A DNA stretch of 64,000 nucleotides, taken from positions 25,358,001 to 25,422,000 of the forward strand of contig OX597838.1 in assembly GCA_951406725.2 (NCBI GenBank), read 5' to 3'. This document shows, piece after piece, positions 24,159 to 36,596 of the stretch; within the stretch, counting starts at the first letter, position 1, and every line of letters starts with the position of its first letter. The notes under the pieces are model-generated. The model ran no database searches. It was not told the DNA's origin and worked only from the letters and a program-made list of their open reading frames with translations. The position numbers and the translations under genes are program-made. This stretch comes from Octopus vulgaris. Its lineage: Eukaryota.

Positions 24159-25131
24159 ACATACACACAGCCTTGTTTTAGAATGAGTTCACTATGTTAT
24201 TGTGTGGTAAGAAGAGCTGAAAAGGGTTGGTGATAGAAAGGGAATCTGGCTATAAAATGTTGCCTCAGAGAACTACTCCAACTCATGCCAGCATGGAAAG
24301 GTGGATGTAAAAAGCAATGATAATGATGCAAACACATTTTTATATATTGCTGCCATCATCATTTTACATCTGCTTTTCATATTAAAATGTGTGTGTACGT
24401 AAATATAAATATATATATATATATATATTTATATGTATACACACACACATACATGTGCTTGTGTGTGTATATATATATATATATATACACTTATATGTGT
24501 GTGTGTATATATATATACATATATACATACTAACATGTGTGTATATATACTTATATATAGCTATATATATATGTGTGTGTATTTACATGCGCAAATAATA
24601 TGCGCATACACATATCAACATATACACCCATACATAAATCTACTAATATGACAAGTCCCACCTCCAGAGCCTCAACGGAACACCACCACCCACAGCCCTC
24701 CTCGACCAATCACCCACCCACCCACCCATCTGCTCAACAAAATATTGAATTTGGCATGTTGTTCCTTTTAGTTCTTGCATTAATCAACTTAGCTTGTTAC
24801 TTACATCGATGTACTTTGTCTTAGTTACACTACGAGACACGGCTGTAAGATGAAAATAAAACCAACAAGACTAGGAGAGCGGTGGCGGTGGTGGTAGTGG
24901 TGGTGGTGGTGGTGGTGGCGGTGGTGCCGTAGTTGATAATTTTGGCTTGATGTAGATTTTGGAGAGCTCTTCCTCTCTCTTGTGTTGGTTTTAAGTTGTA
25001 ACTTAACAAGACTTTTAAACATCTTTCATTGACTGTCTGACAATATTTCCTCCTTGCCACCCACTTTCCTTTCTTGTTCCTTGCCAGTCTTGCCTCTCTA
25101 AGATTTGTAAGAGAAAGCATGTCCAGTAGTG

Positions 25132-25161
25132 ATGTATGTATGTATGTAGGTAGGTAGGTAG

Positions 25162-25193
<32 letters not shown>

Positions 25194-25442
25194 ATGTATG
25201 TAGGTAGGTAGGTAGGTAGGTAGGTAGGTATGTATGTATGTAGGTACGTAGGTAGGTAGGTGTGTTTATGTATGTATGTAGGTATGTGTGTGTGTGTATG
25301 TATGTAGGTATGTGTGTGTGTGTATGTATGTAGGTAGGTGTGTGTATGTATGTATGTATGTAGGTAGGTAGGTATGTGCGTGTGTGTATGTATGTATGTA
25401 TGTATGTGTGTATGTATGTATGTAGGTAGGTAGGTGTGTCTA

Positions 25443-25481
<39 letters not shown>

Positions 25482-25630
25482 AGGTAGGTAGGTAGGTAGG
25501 TGTGTGTGTGTGTGTATGTATGTATGGTAGGTAGGTAGGTGTGTATGTATGTATGTATGTATGTAGGTAGGTAGGTAGGTGTGTATGTATGTATGTATGT
25601 AGGTAGGTAAGTAGGTATGAATGAATGAAT
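25132..25630. repeat. Compound (TATG)n/(TAGG)n/(TG)n microsatellite
   Basis: About 500 bp; source of the 298-aa TYLP pseudo-ORF. Confidence 0.95.
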
Positions 25631-25975
25631 ACCATGGCTCAGTGGTTTGAGCGTCAGGCTCACAATCGCAAGGTAGTGAGGTCGATTCCCAGACTGGGCT
25701 GTGTGTCGTGTTCTTGGGCAAGCCACTTTATTTCACATTGCTCCAGTTCACTCAGCTGTAGAAATTTGTTGTAGTGTCACTGGTGCCAAGCTGTGTCGGC
25801 CTTTTCCTTTCCGTTGGATAAGACTGGTAGCATGGAGAGGGGAGGCTGGCATGCAGGGGTGACTGCTAGTCTTCCATAAACAACCTTGCCTGGACTTGTG
25901 TCTTGAAGGGTAATTTTCTAGGTGCAATCCCATGGTCATTCATGACCAAAGAGGCTCTTTACCCTATTTTACCCC
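25631..25975 (+). mobile_element. tRNA-derived SINE
   Basis: TGGCTCAGTGG A-box, GGTCGATTCCC B-box. Confidence 0.85.
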
Positions 25976-27389
25976 TTGCTCTATACCTATCTATCTTTCC
26001 TAAGACCTTGGGGTTGGACAGTTTGACAGGATCAGATGTGTCCAAGGATCGCGTGGTGCTCCAGTGTCTATTTAGACTTGGTTTCTACAGCTGGATGCCC
26101 TTCCTAATGTCAACCACTTCACAGCACAGCTTGGGTGTTTTTTTTTTGTGACACCTGCATTATTGAGGTTGCTGTGCATCTCACAGAACTACAAACCCTG
26201 GGTGGGTTGGGGATTAGCTAGGAGATGAGGGGATTGAACTGTGTGAAGGTGGGGACAAAATGCTGGTCTGTCACAGGATTACTCATTTTTGCCAGCTGAG
26301 TGGACTGGAGCAACATGAAATGAAGTGTTTTGCTCAAGAATACAACACCTCACCTGCTCCAGGAATCAAAACCACAATCTTGTGATCATGAGTCTAACAC
26401 CCTAACCACTAAGCCATGCCCCTCCTCAGGGAAGATGGTACCTTCAAATGGTACCCTGATCTGAATGCTTGCAACAGAAGGGGCACTACTAAAAACATCC
26501 AAGGTGTCAGAATATGGTGTTAAACTGGTGATGGTCACCATCATTATCATTGAACGTCCACTTTTTCATGCTTGTATAGGACGGACAGAATTTCTTGAGA
26601 AAGCTGATTTATTTTTTACAGCTGGATACCCTTCCTGTCACTAACCCTCACCTGTTCCCAAGCAAGGTGTCATTTTCCCATCGCTAGACATGTTTTTCAT
26701 GGAATGAACAACCTTACTTGTATGATGCTGATGCTTGTTTACAACCATCATGTGATGTCTAGACAAGAGTATGCACAAACACATATGTACATATGTGCAT
26801 GCACACACACACAAATTTCTTTTAGTTACCATCTATCAAATCCATTCACAAGGCTTTGGTTGGCCCCAGGCTATAAACAGAAAACATTTAAAGTATTTGC
26901 AGTGGGCCTGAACTGGAGGCCATATGGTTGGAAATCAAGCTGCTTGACTGTATGGCCACACTTCTTTAATTGTAGTTTGTTTTACATGTGTTTTTACATG
27001 TGGTAAGAAGCCAAGTGCAGGTGTGGCTCTGTGATAAGAAGTTTGCTTCCCAACCACATGGTTCCAGGTTCAGTCCCACTGTGCAGTACCTTGGGTAAGT
27101 GTCTTCTACTATAGCTTCGAGCCGACCGATGCCTTGTGAGTGAATTTGGTAGGTGGAACTGAAAGAAGCCCATTGTATTTGAATTTTTCTTACAAGAAAA
27201 ATATTGGTTTCTATCAAAGAAAGTGTTATCCTTATTTGTTGAACTTCACTAAAGTTTTGCATGGCCCCAGCATGGCCTCAGCCTAAGGGCTGAAACATAC
27301 AAAATAAAAGAATGTAGGTGCCTGGACTTGTGCCTTGGAGGGGAACTTTCTAGGTGCAATCTCATGGTCATTCATAACTGAAAGGGTCT

Positions 27390-27424
<35 letters not shown>

Positions 27425-27571
27425 ATATGTGCATTGCTTTCTGCTGAATATATAAGATAAGAGTGCTCAATACATATTGTAGAGGACATGGGCTTCTTTT
27501 TTATTGCAACTAAAGCTGAGAGTTTGTCACATGACTTGGGTTTCAATAAAAAAAATATATAGATATCAGTG

Positions 27572-27723
27572 GAGGCATGGCTGTTTGTTTAAGAAGCTCA
27601 ATTTCCATGTTTTGGGTTCAGTCCCACTGCATGGCACCCTTGGGCAAGTGTCTTCTACTATAGCCTTGAGCTGACCAAAGCCTTGTGAGTGGATTTGGTA
27701 GTCGGAACTGAAAGAAGCCCATC

Positions 27724-27761
<38 letters not shown>

Positions 27762-27962
27762 GTTCTCCCCCCCTCCCAATCGCTTGACAGTTGATGCTGG
27801 CTTGTTTATTTCCCTACAACTTAGCAGTTCAGCAAAAGAGACCGATAGAATAAGTACTAAGCTTAGAAAGAATAAGTTTCCGGGTCAATTTCTTCGACTA
27901 AAACCCTTTATGGTGGTGTTCTTACATGGCTGCAAAGAAATGACTGAAACAAATAAAAGAAT
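27572..27962 (+). mobile_element. CORE-SINE
   Basis: Colinear with 12004-12385. Confidence 0.85.
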
Positions 27963-27975
27963 ACTTATTATTATT

Positions 27976-28200
27976 AAGGCAGCGAGCTGATAGAATCGTG
28001 AGCACACCAGACGAAATGCTTGGTGGTATTTCGTCTGTTGCAATGTTCTGAGTTCAAATTCTGCTGAGGTCAACTTTGCCTTTCATCTTTTGGGGTGGGG
28101 GGTGGTCGATAAAATTAGTACCAATTACGCACTGGGGTCAATGTAATTGACTTAATCCCTTCCTCCAAATTTGGGGCCTTGTGCTTCCAGTAGAAAGGAT
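27976..28200 (+). mobile_element. Nin-domain-type SINE
   Basis: GGCAGCGAGCTG head, GAGTTCAAATTC B-box, GCCTTTCATC...GTCGATAAAATTAGTACCA central domain. Confidence 0.8.
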
Positions 28201-28410
28201 TATTAGTGGAGATGTACTTGCATAGCAAGTGACCTGATCTGAGATCATGTGCTGGAACGAAAATAATTGCAGCGTGGAAGGTGTTTATAAGCCTTTTAAG
28301 AAACGCACAAAAACTGTTATATTCACTTCATTTAAATTTAATTTGCTAAAATATTTATTTACATATACATATATGCAGAAAATATTTATTTACATACATA
28401 TATGCACAAC

Positions 28411-28451
<41 letters not shown>

Positions 28452-28760
28452 CACACTTGTACAACCACTAAAGGACATAAAAATGTTAAGCCTTAAAGAC
28501 CTTATGAACTTTTTTCCTTTTTCTTTTTTTCTCTGTCAACCTTCGTTCTCCTATCAATATTCCTCTGATAAAGTCCAATTCATTCTGACGATGTTTGTTA
28601 CATGAAACAAGATAAATGCAAATTTATCTCAAAAATAACAAAGTGAAACAGCTGTAAATGTTATTTTAGCTCTAATTTAATGCCAATGATCAACTTCTAA
28701 TCGTTAATTGTTGCTCCACTTCTTATCTATCTATCCATCCATCCATCCATCCATCCACAC

Positions 28761-28804
<44 letters not shown>

Positions 28805-28986
28805 GCGTGTAAAAAGCACCCACTACACTCACGGAGTGGTTGGCGTTAGGAAGGGCATCCAGCCGTAGAAACATTGCCAGATCAGACTGGGCCTGATGCA
28901 GCCTTCTGGCTTCCCAGACCCCAGTTGAACCGTCCAACCCATGCTAGCATGGAAAGCGGACACTAAACGATGATGATGATGATGAT
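28805..28986 (+). mobile_element. RTE 3'UTR / related SINE, young copy
   Basis: Near-exact reverse complement of 201-380. Confidence 0.85.
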
Positions 28987-29767
28987 ATAGTTTCCATTTA
29001 CTAAATCCACTATCAGAGTTTTGTAGACCCAAAGCTATAGTGGAAGATGCTTGCCCTAGGTACTGCACAGTGGGACTGAACCCAGAACCATGTGGTTGGG
29101 AAGCAGAGTAATTCTTTGTAGTCCAGCAAACTGGACAAATTCAACAAAATCTAAATCTGTTTCTTCACTGGAGAAAATTTTTTTGCTTGTTTATTTCTTG
29201 TTCTACTTTGCTTAGGACATAAACTAACATCTGTTGTAAAGTAGAATTATTCTACCATTTAGCCTGTTACCATTTCTGAACGACAGCCAAACATTGCCCA
29301 CCATAATCAATAATGGCAGTGAATAACTTTGTACATTAAGTTCATGATTCTTGTATTACCAGAAGAAAGAAAAATATGGAGAAGGAAATGTCTTGGCGTG
29401 TGAATGACTCAACAATGCTATATTAATAATGCGAAAGAAGTAAATCTTGTTCTGAATCCGGAACTAAATGTCAAAAACGAACCAAAAAATTAGTCATCGA
29501 TGACCCAAGACAAGTCTTGTATTTTGTGGTTAACAAAAAGGAGAAAAAAATGTATTAATACCAAGATTAAGGTGCTGGTGTACATGCATAGATCTCTGGT
29601 ACCAACACTGTATTGGTCCTTTGGTACCAACATGTATATTTCTAGTGCCAACTTTAAAGTAGGTCTCTGTTACCAACACTCCAGTAGAACTCTGGTGCCA
29701 GTACTATAGTATATATCTGGTGTGGATCCTGTAGAAGATCTCTGGTGCCAATACTCATCACCAACAC

Positions 29768-30222
29768 CATTTAATGTCTGCTTTCCATGCTGGCATGGGT
29801 TTGACATGGAGTTGGCTAGCTGGGAGCTGTCCAGGCCCCAGCTGTCTGTTGTGGCATGGTTTCTATGCCCTTCCTAACACCAACCACTTAACAGTGCATG
29901 GTTGGTGCTTTTTACATGCTACCAACATGAGTGTGTTACTTGGTGACCCTGCAAGTGCTGGTGCCACTTAAAAAGCATCCAGTCTACACTGTAAAGTGGT
30001 TGGCATTTGGAAGGGTATCCAGCTGTAAAAACCTTGCCAGAACTGAGCTTGCCTGTACTGGTGCCATGTAGAAAGCACTCAGTCCACTCAGCAGGGTGGT
30101 TAGTCTTAGGAAGGGCATCCAGCTATAAAAACCTTGCCAAAACTGACACAGATGCCTGGTGCAGGCTCCTGTCAAATCATCCCACCCATGCCAACCTGGA
30201 AGGCAGACGATAAATGATGATG
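29768..30222. mobile_element. Two inverted RTE 3'UTR fragments
   Basis: 29768-29920 is minus-oriented and 29985-30222 plus-oriented, same family. Confidence 0.75.
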
Positions 30223-30563
30223 ACCATCATACTCATCATCACCACCATCATCATCATTATGACCAAGGTGGCAGAATCATTAGCACACCAGACAGAATGC
30301 TTAATGGGATTTCTTCTTGCTTTATGTTCTGGTTCAACTTCTGCTGAAGTCGACTTTACCTTTCACCCTTTCAAGGTCAATAAAATAAGTATCATTTGAG
30401 CACTGGGGTCAGGGTAATCAACAAGCCCTTTCTCTAAAATTTCTTAAAATGAAGATGTTTGTTTGTTGTTTTTATAAAAATTGTATTATGTGCATGAAGG
30501 ATTTCTTCTGTCAGTACGGTAATTCATGACTATTCTGTTTTTTTTTTTTTTTCTGATTTACAG

Positions 30564-30647
30564 GCAGTCAGCGATGATGATGAGGCTGAAGAAGTGGCTG
30601 TCCAAGTTGAGAGTGGAGGTGGGTTCATGGAAGAATTTTTCGAACAG
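30564..30647 (+). CDS. Stx1: Syntaxin-1 internal coding exon (exon 2; acidic linker and start of Habc helix a)
   Basis: Long T tract + TTACAG acceptor, 84 nt = 28 codons, phase 0/0, CAG|GTCAGT donor. Translation AVSDDDEAEEVAVQVESGGGFMEEFFEQ resembles squid syntaxin (AVSDEEDVEEVAVQVDSGGGFMEEFFEQ, recalled) and human STX1A (DSDDDDDVAVTVDRDRFMDEFFEQ). Not in the supplied ORF track in this frame. Confidence 0.95.
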
Positions 30648-30782
30648 GTCAGTTGAATCATGGCTTTCAATTTTTTCACTTTTTTTTCTTTTTTTATTTC
30701 CATCTCTTTCTCTTTATTTACACAGCAAACCTTCCTTTTTGTCAATTACTCCTTCAGCCTATTTATTTTTTTTTTCTGTCCA

Positions 30783-30970
30783 TCAGTGAGTCTGTCAGTC
30801 CATCTGCGAGTCTTTCAGTCCATTTATGAGTCTGTCAGTCCATTTATGAGTCTGTCAGTCCATTTATGAGTCTGTCAGTCCATTTGTGAGTCAGTCAGTC
30901 CATCTGTGAGTCTCTCTGACCTTTTGTGAATCTGTTAGTCTGTGAGTTGCACTGTCCACTTGTGAGTCTC
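30783..30970 (+). repeat. 20-bp minisatellite (GAGTCTGTCAGTCCATTTAT)
   Basis: About 6 good units, then decaying copies. Confidence 0.9.
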
Positions 30971-31392
30971 TCTATCCAATAGTGAGTCTCTCTGATACTG
31001 AGTCTCTCTGCTCACCAGTGAATCTCTCTGTTTCGCTGTCTGTCTACTCTTGTCTCGCAGTCTCTCCAAATCATTTCCATACAACCCTTTATGTATCTCA
31101 TTTCCATGGGTCTGTCACTGTCCAATTTTTCTGTCCAAATGTATCCCTATTCATTTATTTGATTGAGTGTATCTGTCCATTCATCTCTGTATCTTCCCAT
31201 CCATTTTTGTGATTGTCTGCTTATTTCTATGTCTGTCAGTCCATCTATGTCTTGTCAGCCCTACCTAGCTGTCTGTCTGTATTAAGCTACTAGTATCTGT
31301 CTGTCTGCCTGTTTTCCAGCCTATTTATCTCGCCACAGTTTAGTGCTCCATCTCACTGCTTGTGACCATTTAGTATTTCTCTCTCTCTTTCT

Positions 31393-31545
31393 CTCCCCCT
31401 CTCTAATATTTCCTCTACACATTCATTAGGCCAGGCCAAATTAGTCCAGTTATATATCTTCTCGTTACTAACCTTGTTCCTTATGCAAAGGTCATGCTGC
31501 TTGTTAAACCTCTGGTACTTAGTTTTCTGATCTGTTAATCCATCT
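31393..31545 (+). repeat. 153-bp segment duplicated at 42791-42943
   Basis: 152/153 identical by inspection. Confidence 0.9.
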
Positions 31546-33139
31546 TCATACACACACAAATACACACACACACACACACGCATGCATATATATGTACACA
31601 TGTGCATATATATATATATGTGTGTGTGTTTATGTGTGCATCATATACTATAATATATATATAAAAACATATATTCCATCTTCACACATAGATACACATA
31701 TATATGTACACAGTCACATATATCTATACATACAATCACATATACATGTTGATATACACATGTATGTATAAACACATTCTCATATACACAATACACATCC
31801 ACATATGATAGCCATCCTTGTACAATATATACATAATACATGTACACACACACACACACACACCCAACATACAGATAATCACACACAACACACACTTGTT
31901 CACAACTGTGTATACACACATACACATGCACACATTTGATATATACATGTTCACACATTCTCAATTACATAGTAGTGTTGATAAATATTTTAACAGAGGT
32001 GGATTTTAACATTGCAGGTCACCAGGATCATTATTTTCTTTCCAGTTACTCTTAGCCTCCCTTATATGATGCAAAGTATCCATGTGTCTCCTCTATAACA
32101 ATACACCTGTATCTATCCCTCAGTGATACTTTACTTTCTTGGCACTTGGTATAAAACCACCTGTCTCAATACTACAATGCCACTCAATCAAGGTGTGTCT
32201 TTCTTTTCTTATGAGTTACCTGGCAATCCCACTAGTGCCAGTGCCACAAATGAAAGCAACCCATATACACTGTAAAGTGGTTGGCACCCAGCTCTAGAAA
32301 CCATTCCAAAACCAGCATTGGAACTCAACACAGTTCTTTGGCTCATAGGATCCAGTTGAAACCTCAGATCCTTATCAACATGGAAGGCACATGTTAAATG
32401 ATGATGATGATGGTTAAAGTGGTATTTTATAATTATTGGTATGGCTGATGTTTTACATCTTGTCACTGGGACTGTGTTGTGATTGAAACACTTACCTCTC
32501 AGCAATTCCAGTTCATGAAGATAACTGCATGTCAGTATGGGCCACTGCATGTAGGTCCATGTAGCTACATGTTAGTTCATGTAGCTGCAGGTATGGCATT
32601 AGGTGCTGATATGGTTATGTGGTTAAGAAGTTTGCTTTGCAACCATGTGGTTTTGGGTTCAGTCCCACTGCACAATGTCTTGGGCAAGTGTCTTCTACTA
32701 TAGTCCTGGGTCAGTTAATGCCTTGTGAGTGAATTTAGTAGATGGAAACTGTATGGAAGCCTGTTGTGTATGTGTGTGTTTGTCATCCCCCCCAACCACT
32801 TGACAACTGTAACTTAATTGAGAAAATAAGAACCAAACTTAAAAAATATGTAAGTACTAGAGTTGGTTTGTTTGACTAAAATCCTTCAAGGTGGTGCCCC
32901 CAGCATAGCAGCAGTCCAATGACTGAAACAAGCTAAAGATAAAAGATGAAAAGAGTCATTATTACCATTAACTAAAAATTTTAAGAATTTTGTAATAAAC
33001 AAGCAACAACAACAAAAATAAATATGTGCATTCTATACTTCTTTTCCTTTAATTTCAAATTCAGATTGTTAATCCCATAAAAAATTATGAAAATACAATT
33101 ATCTCCTTTGTGTTCACTGTCCACTAGGGGACACCATGT

Positions 33140-33480
33140 GTTTAAAAAAATGCTAATGCTTCTTATGTCAAAAAATACTTATGGAAATATCACAGCCAAA
33201 ACATTCAGGTTTCCTTTGACAACACAGAACAAAACATTGGGAACCTTAGAATAAAAGAAGCCATCATCATTAACAAGACCAAACAGCATATTAACAACAG
33301 AATCAAGTTGCATGCAGCTGATTGGCTAGTAACGCAATGCGATCCTATGCATACAAAGCAACCCTCCATATACAAAAACTACAGAACAGAAAAATCAGCT
33401 TGCAACAGCAAATTTTTAAAGATTTCCTGATGAAGTGGTTTTAACCCCAAAATATCGAAATACAAGATAGAAGTACCAAC
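33140..33480 (+). mobile_element. Penelope-like 3' end (GIY-YIG C-terminus remnant plus minimal hammerhead)
   Basis: LRIKEAIIINKTKQHINNR at ~33246-33302; ATTTC-CTGATGA...AAAA-TATC-GAAAT at 33422-33461. Confidence 0.65.
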
Positions 33481-33954
33481 CACCAACTTGTATAGTTTCA
33501 TATAACTTGCATTGTTTTGGTTTTTTTAAAAGCATTAAAAACATTTGTCTATATCTGACAATACCTCATGTAACCTGCTTTACTCTAAAAAAGAATATCT
33601 TTTTAATATTTAAACTGGCCATATCCAGCTCAAATAATGTACCTGTTTTATGTTAGAACTGGCCAGATCCAGCCTCTCACATCTGCCTTACAACGTCATT
33701 TTAAAAATAAACAATTACATCATCAAAATCTCAAAGCTACAAGATAAAGCATGATTAATTCAAAACAATGTGAATAAATAAGCATTACATTTGATAGAGT
33801 AACCTGAATAGTAAAGGGTGAAATGTCATCAAAGACAGGTCGATGGACTTTGACTTTGTTTTTAGTAGGTGTGGTGGTGGCAATGGGGAGAAAGGGGGAG
33901 TGTTGGTCTTTTATTATTATCTGAAAGTTATCTGTTGTACCTCGTCCCAACAGC

Positions 33955-34260
33955 ACCATACATGATGACGATGATGATGATCATCATCGTTATCAATGTC
34001 ATCACAACCATCGTTATCTTTATCAATGCCCTCATGATTGCCGCTGCCACCACTGCCATCACCACCAATATTACTGTCACTGCTACTTCCACCGCTACCG
34101 CCCACACCACCCCAACCACCACTATTAGACCTAACACTAACACTATCATCATCATCATCACCACCACCACCACCAACACTACCACCACCTCCACTACCAT
34201 GACCCTCCTCCCACCAGTCACCATCACAAACACCACCACCATCATAATCATCATCATACT
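33955..34260. repeat. (CAT)n/(CAC)n trinucleotide low-complexity tract
   Basis: Source of the Thr/Ile/Val pseudo-ORFs. Confidence 0.9.
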
Positions 34261-34525
34261 CTATGACTGCCACCATCCTCCCTTCATAACTGTTGGTAGT
34301 GTCATCCTTGCAGGTCCCAAAGTAAACATATAACAGCAACAACAACAATAATCACCACAAGCCAACAGGCAAGCTTCTACGTGGTTGCTTGACCTGTTAG
34401 TCATAGCTGTCAAATCAGCCTCAAATCATACCTTACTAACTTAGAAAAAAAAAAAGAAAGGAAAATGGGTGTTTTTAGATATTGTTGTCCTACATGGATT
34501 TGTAGAGATGGTCGGAGGTGAGCAC

Positions 34526-34569
<44 letters not shown>

Positions 34570-34693
34570 CACACAAGTTCAATCAGAAATTCTCAAGCAC
34601 TGTTATACACAGAGGTTTGGCCATATACACACACACATATGTCTACATATATACACACACATTATATACTAACACATGCATACATACACACAC

Positions 34694-34739
<46 letters not shown>

Positions 34740-34831
34740 TATATACACACATACATTTATACATGCACACACAAATACACATACACACACACATATATTA
34801 TATACAAAGACATTTATGCATATATACACAC

Positions 34832-34872
<41 letters not shown>

Positions 34873-35289
34873 CATACATATATATACATACATACATATA
34901 TATACACACATACACACACACATATATACATACACTCATGTATACACATATACATATACACACACACATGCACGCATGCATGCATGCGTAGACAGTTTTT
35001 CTAAATCTGCTTGTTTAAACCTGTGAAAATTGTACAGAAATATTCAACCCGTTGATTATTATCTGGATTATCTCTGTAATTAACTGTTGATTGTCTCTGT
35101 TAATTAACAGCCATTTTAGTTGCCGTTGTATTAGTATTAGTTAAGATTACTAACTGTCCAACATTGCCACCACTACTACTATTACTACTGCCTCCACTCT
35201 ACTGCTTATCACCACCACAGCCACCACCACCACTACTACTACTACCACCACCAAACTAATATTACCACTACCACCAGTCTACAACATCC

Positions 35290-35640
35290 ACTGCTATCAC
35301 CAGAATCAATTTAAGACTACTACTACTACTACTACTACCACCACTACTGCTATCACTAGAATCAATTTATGGCTACTACTACTACTACTACTACTACTAC
35401 TATTGCTATCACTAGAATCAATTTAAGATGACTACTACTACTACTACCACCACCACCACCACCACTATTGCTATCACTAGAGTCATTTTAAGATGACTAC
35501 TACTACTACTGAGTTACTATTACTACTATTACTTTCACTGCTACTACTGCTGCTGCTGCCACTACCACCTCCAACATCCGTCTCAACAGCTATTGCTGTC
35601 ACTAGAATCAATTTAAGACTTCTACTACTACTACTACTCA
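35290..35640 (+). repeat. Compound minisatellite GCTATCACTAGAATCAATTTAAGA + (CTA)n
   Basis: Five anchor units separated by variable trinucleotide runs. Confidence 0.85.
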
Positions 35641-35693
35641 TCACCCTAACATCACTGCTGTCAGCATCACCATCAATCTCCGAGACACATTAC

Positions 35694-36100
35694 CTATTTC
35701 TTTACTACCCACAAGGGGCTAAACACAGAGGGGACAAACAAGGACAGACAAACTGATTAAGTCGATTACATCGACCCCAGTGCGTAACTGGTACTTAATT
35801 TATCGACCCCGAAAGGATGACATGCAAAGTCGACCTCGGCAGAATTTGAACTCAGAACGTAACGGCAGACGAAATACCTATTTCTTTACTACCCACAAGG
35901 GGCTAAACACAGAGGGGACAAACAAGGACAGACAAACAGATTAAGTCAATTACATCGACTCCAGTGCGTAACTGGTACTTAATTTATTGACCCCGAAAGG
36001 ACGAAAGGCAAAATCGACCTCGGCGAAATTTGAACTCTGAATGTAACGGCAGATGGAATACCGCAAAGCATTTTGCCTGGCGTGCTAACGTTTCTGCCAT
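35694..36100 (-). mobile_element. Tandem dimer of Nin-domain-type SINE
   Basis: Two ~185-bp units beginning CCTATTTCTTTACTACCCACAAGGGG; inverted counterpart at 53320-53737. Confidence 0.85.
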
Positions 36101-36274
36101 TACCACCACCACTACCACCACCATCATGGCCCTAGCATTATCACCTTCATCTTTAATTTACTAATCAACATTGTTCTAATGTCAAAACTATCACACTAAC
36201 ATCACACTCACCATCCTAACATCTCCACCACAACCACTACAACCAGACTAACACCACTGCTACAACCCAAACAT

Positions 36275-36596
36275 TCGACTGGCCTCGTGCCGGTGGCACG
36301 TAAAAAGCACCATCCGTCCGTGGCCGTTGCCAGCCTCGCCTGGCCTCCGTGCCGGTGGCACATAAAAAGCACCATCCGATCGTAGCCGTTTGCCAGACTC
36401 GCCTGGCATGTAAAAAGCACCCACTACACTCATGGAGTGGTTGGCGTTCGGAAGGGCATCCAGCCATAGAAACATTGCCAGATCAGACTGGGCCTGGTGC
36501 AGCCTTCTGGCTTCCCAGACCTCAGTTGAACCGTCCAACCCATGCTAGCATGGAAAGCGGACGCTAAACGATGATGATGATGATGATGATGATGAT
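36275..36596 (+). mobile_element. RTE 3'UTR / related SINE, young CpG-rich copy
   Basis: Three GGCA(C/T)(G/A)TAAAAAGCACC units and an (ATG)n tail. Confidence 0.85.

Noticed and set aside
25600-25615. AGGTAAGT motif
   Set aside because: Variant unit of a TAGG microsatellite with no polypyrimidine tract.
24830-25726. 298-aa ORF and similar long ORFs (11087, 16376, 33869, 34518, 62805)
   Set aside because: Translations of microsatellites that lack stop codons; no splice context or protein complexity.
29500-29535. MTQDK ORF start as syntaxin exon 1
   Set aside because: Does not continue as RLAALKA and has no matching donor.
35290-35640. Repeat-spacer pattern resembling CRISPR
   Set aside because: Spacers are simple (CTA)n/(CCA)n runs.
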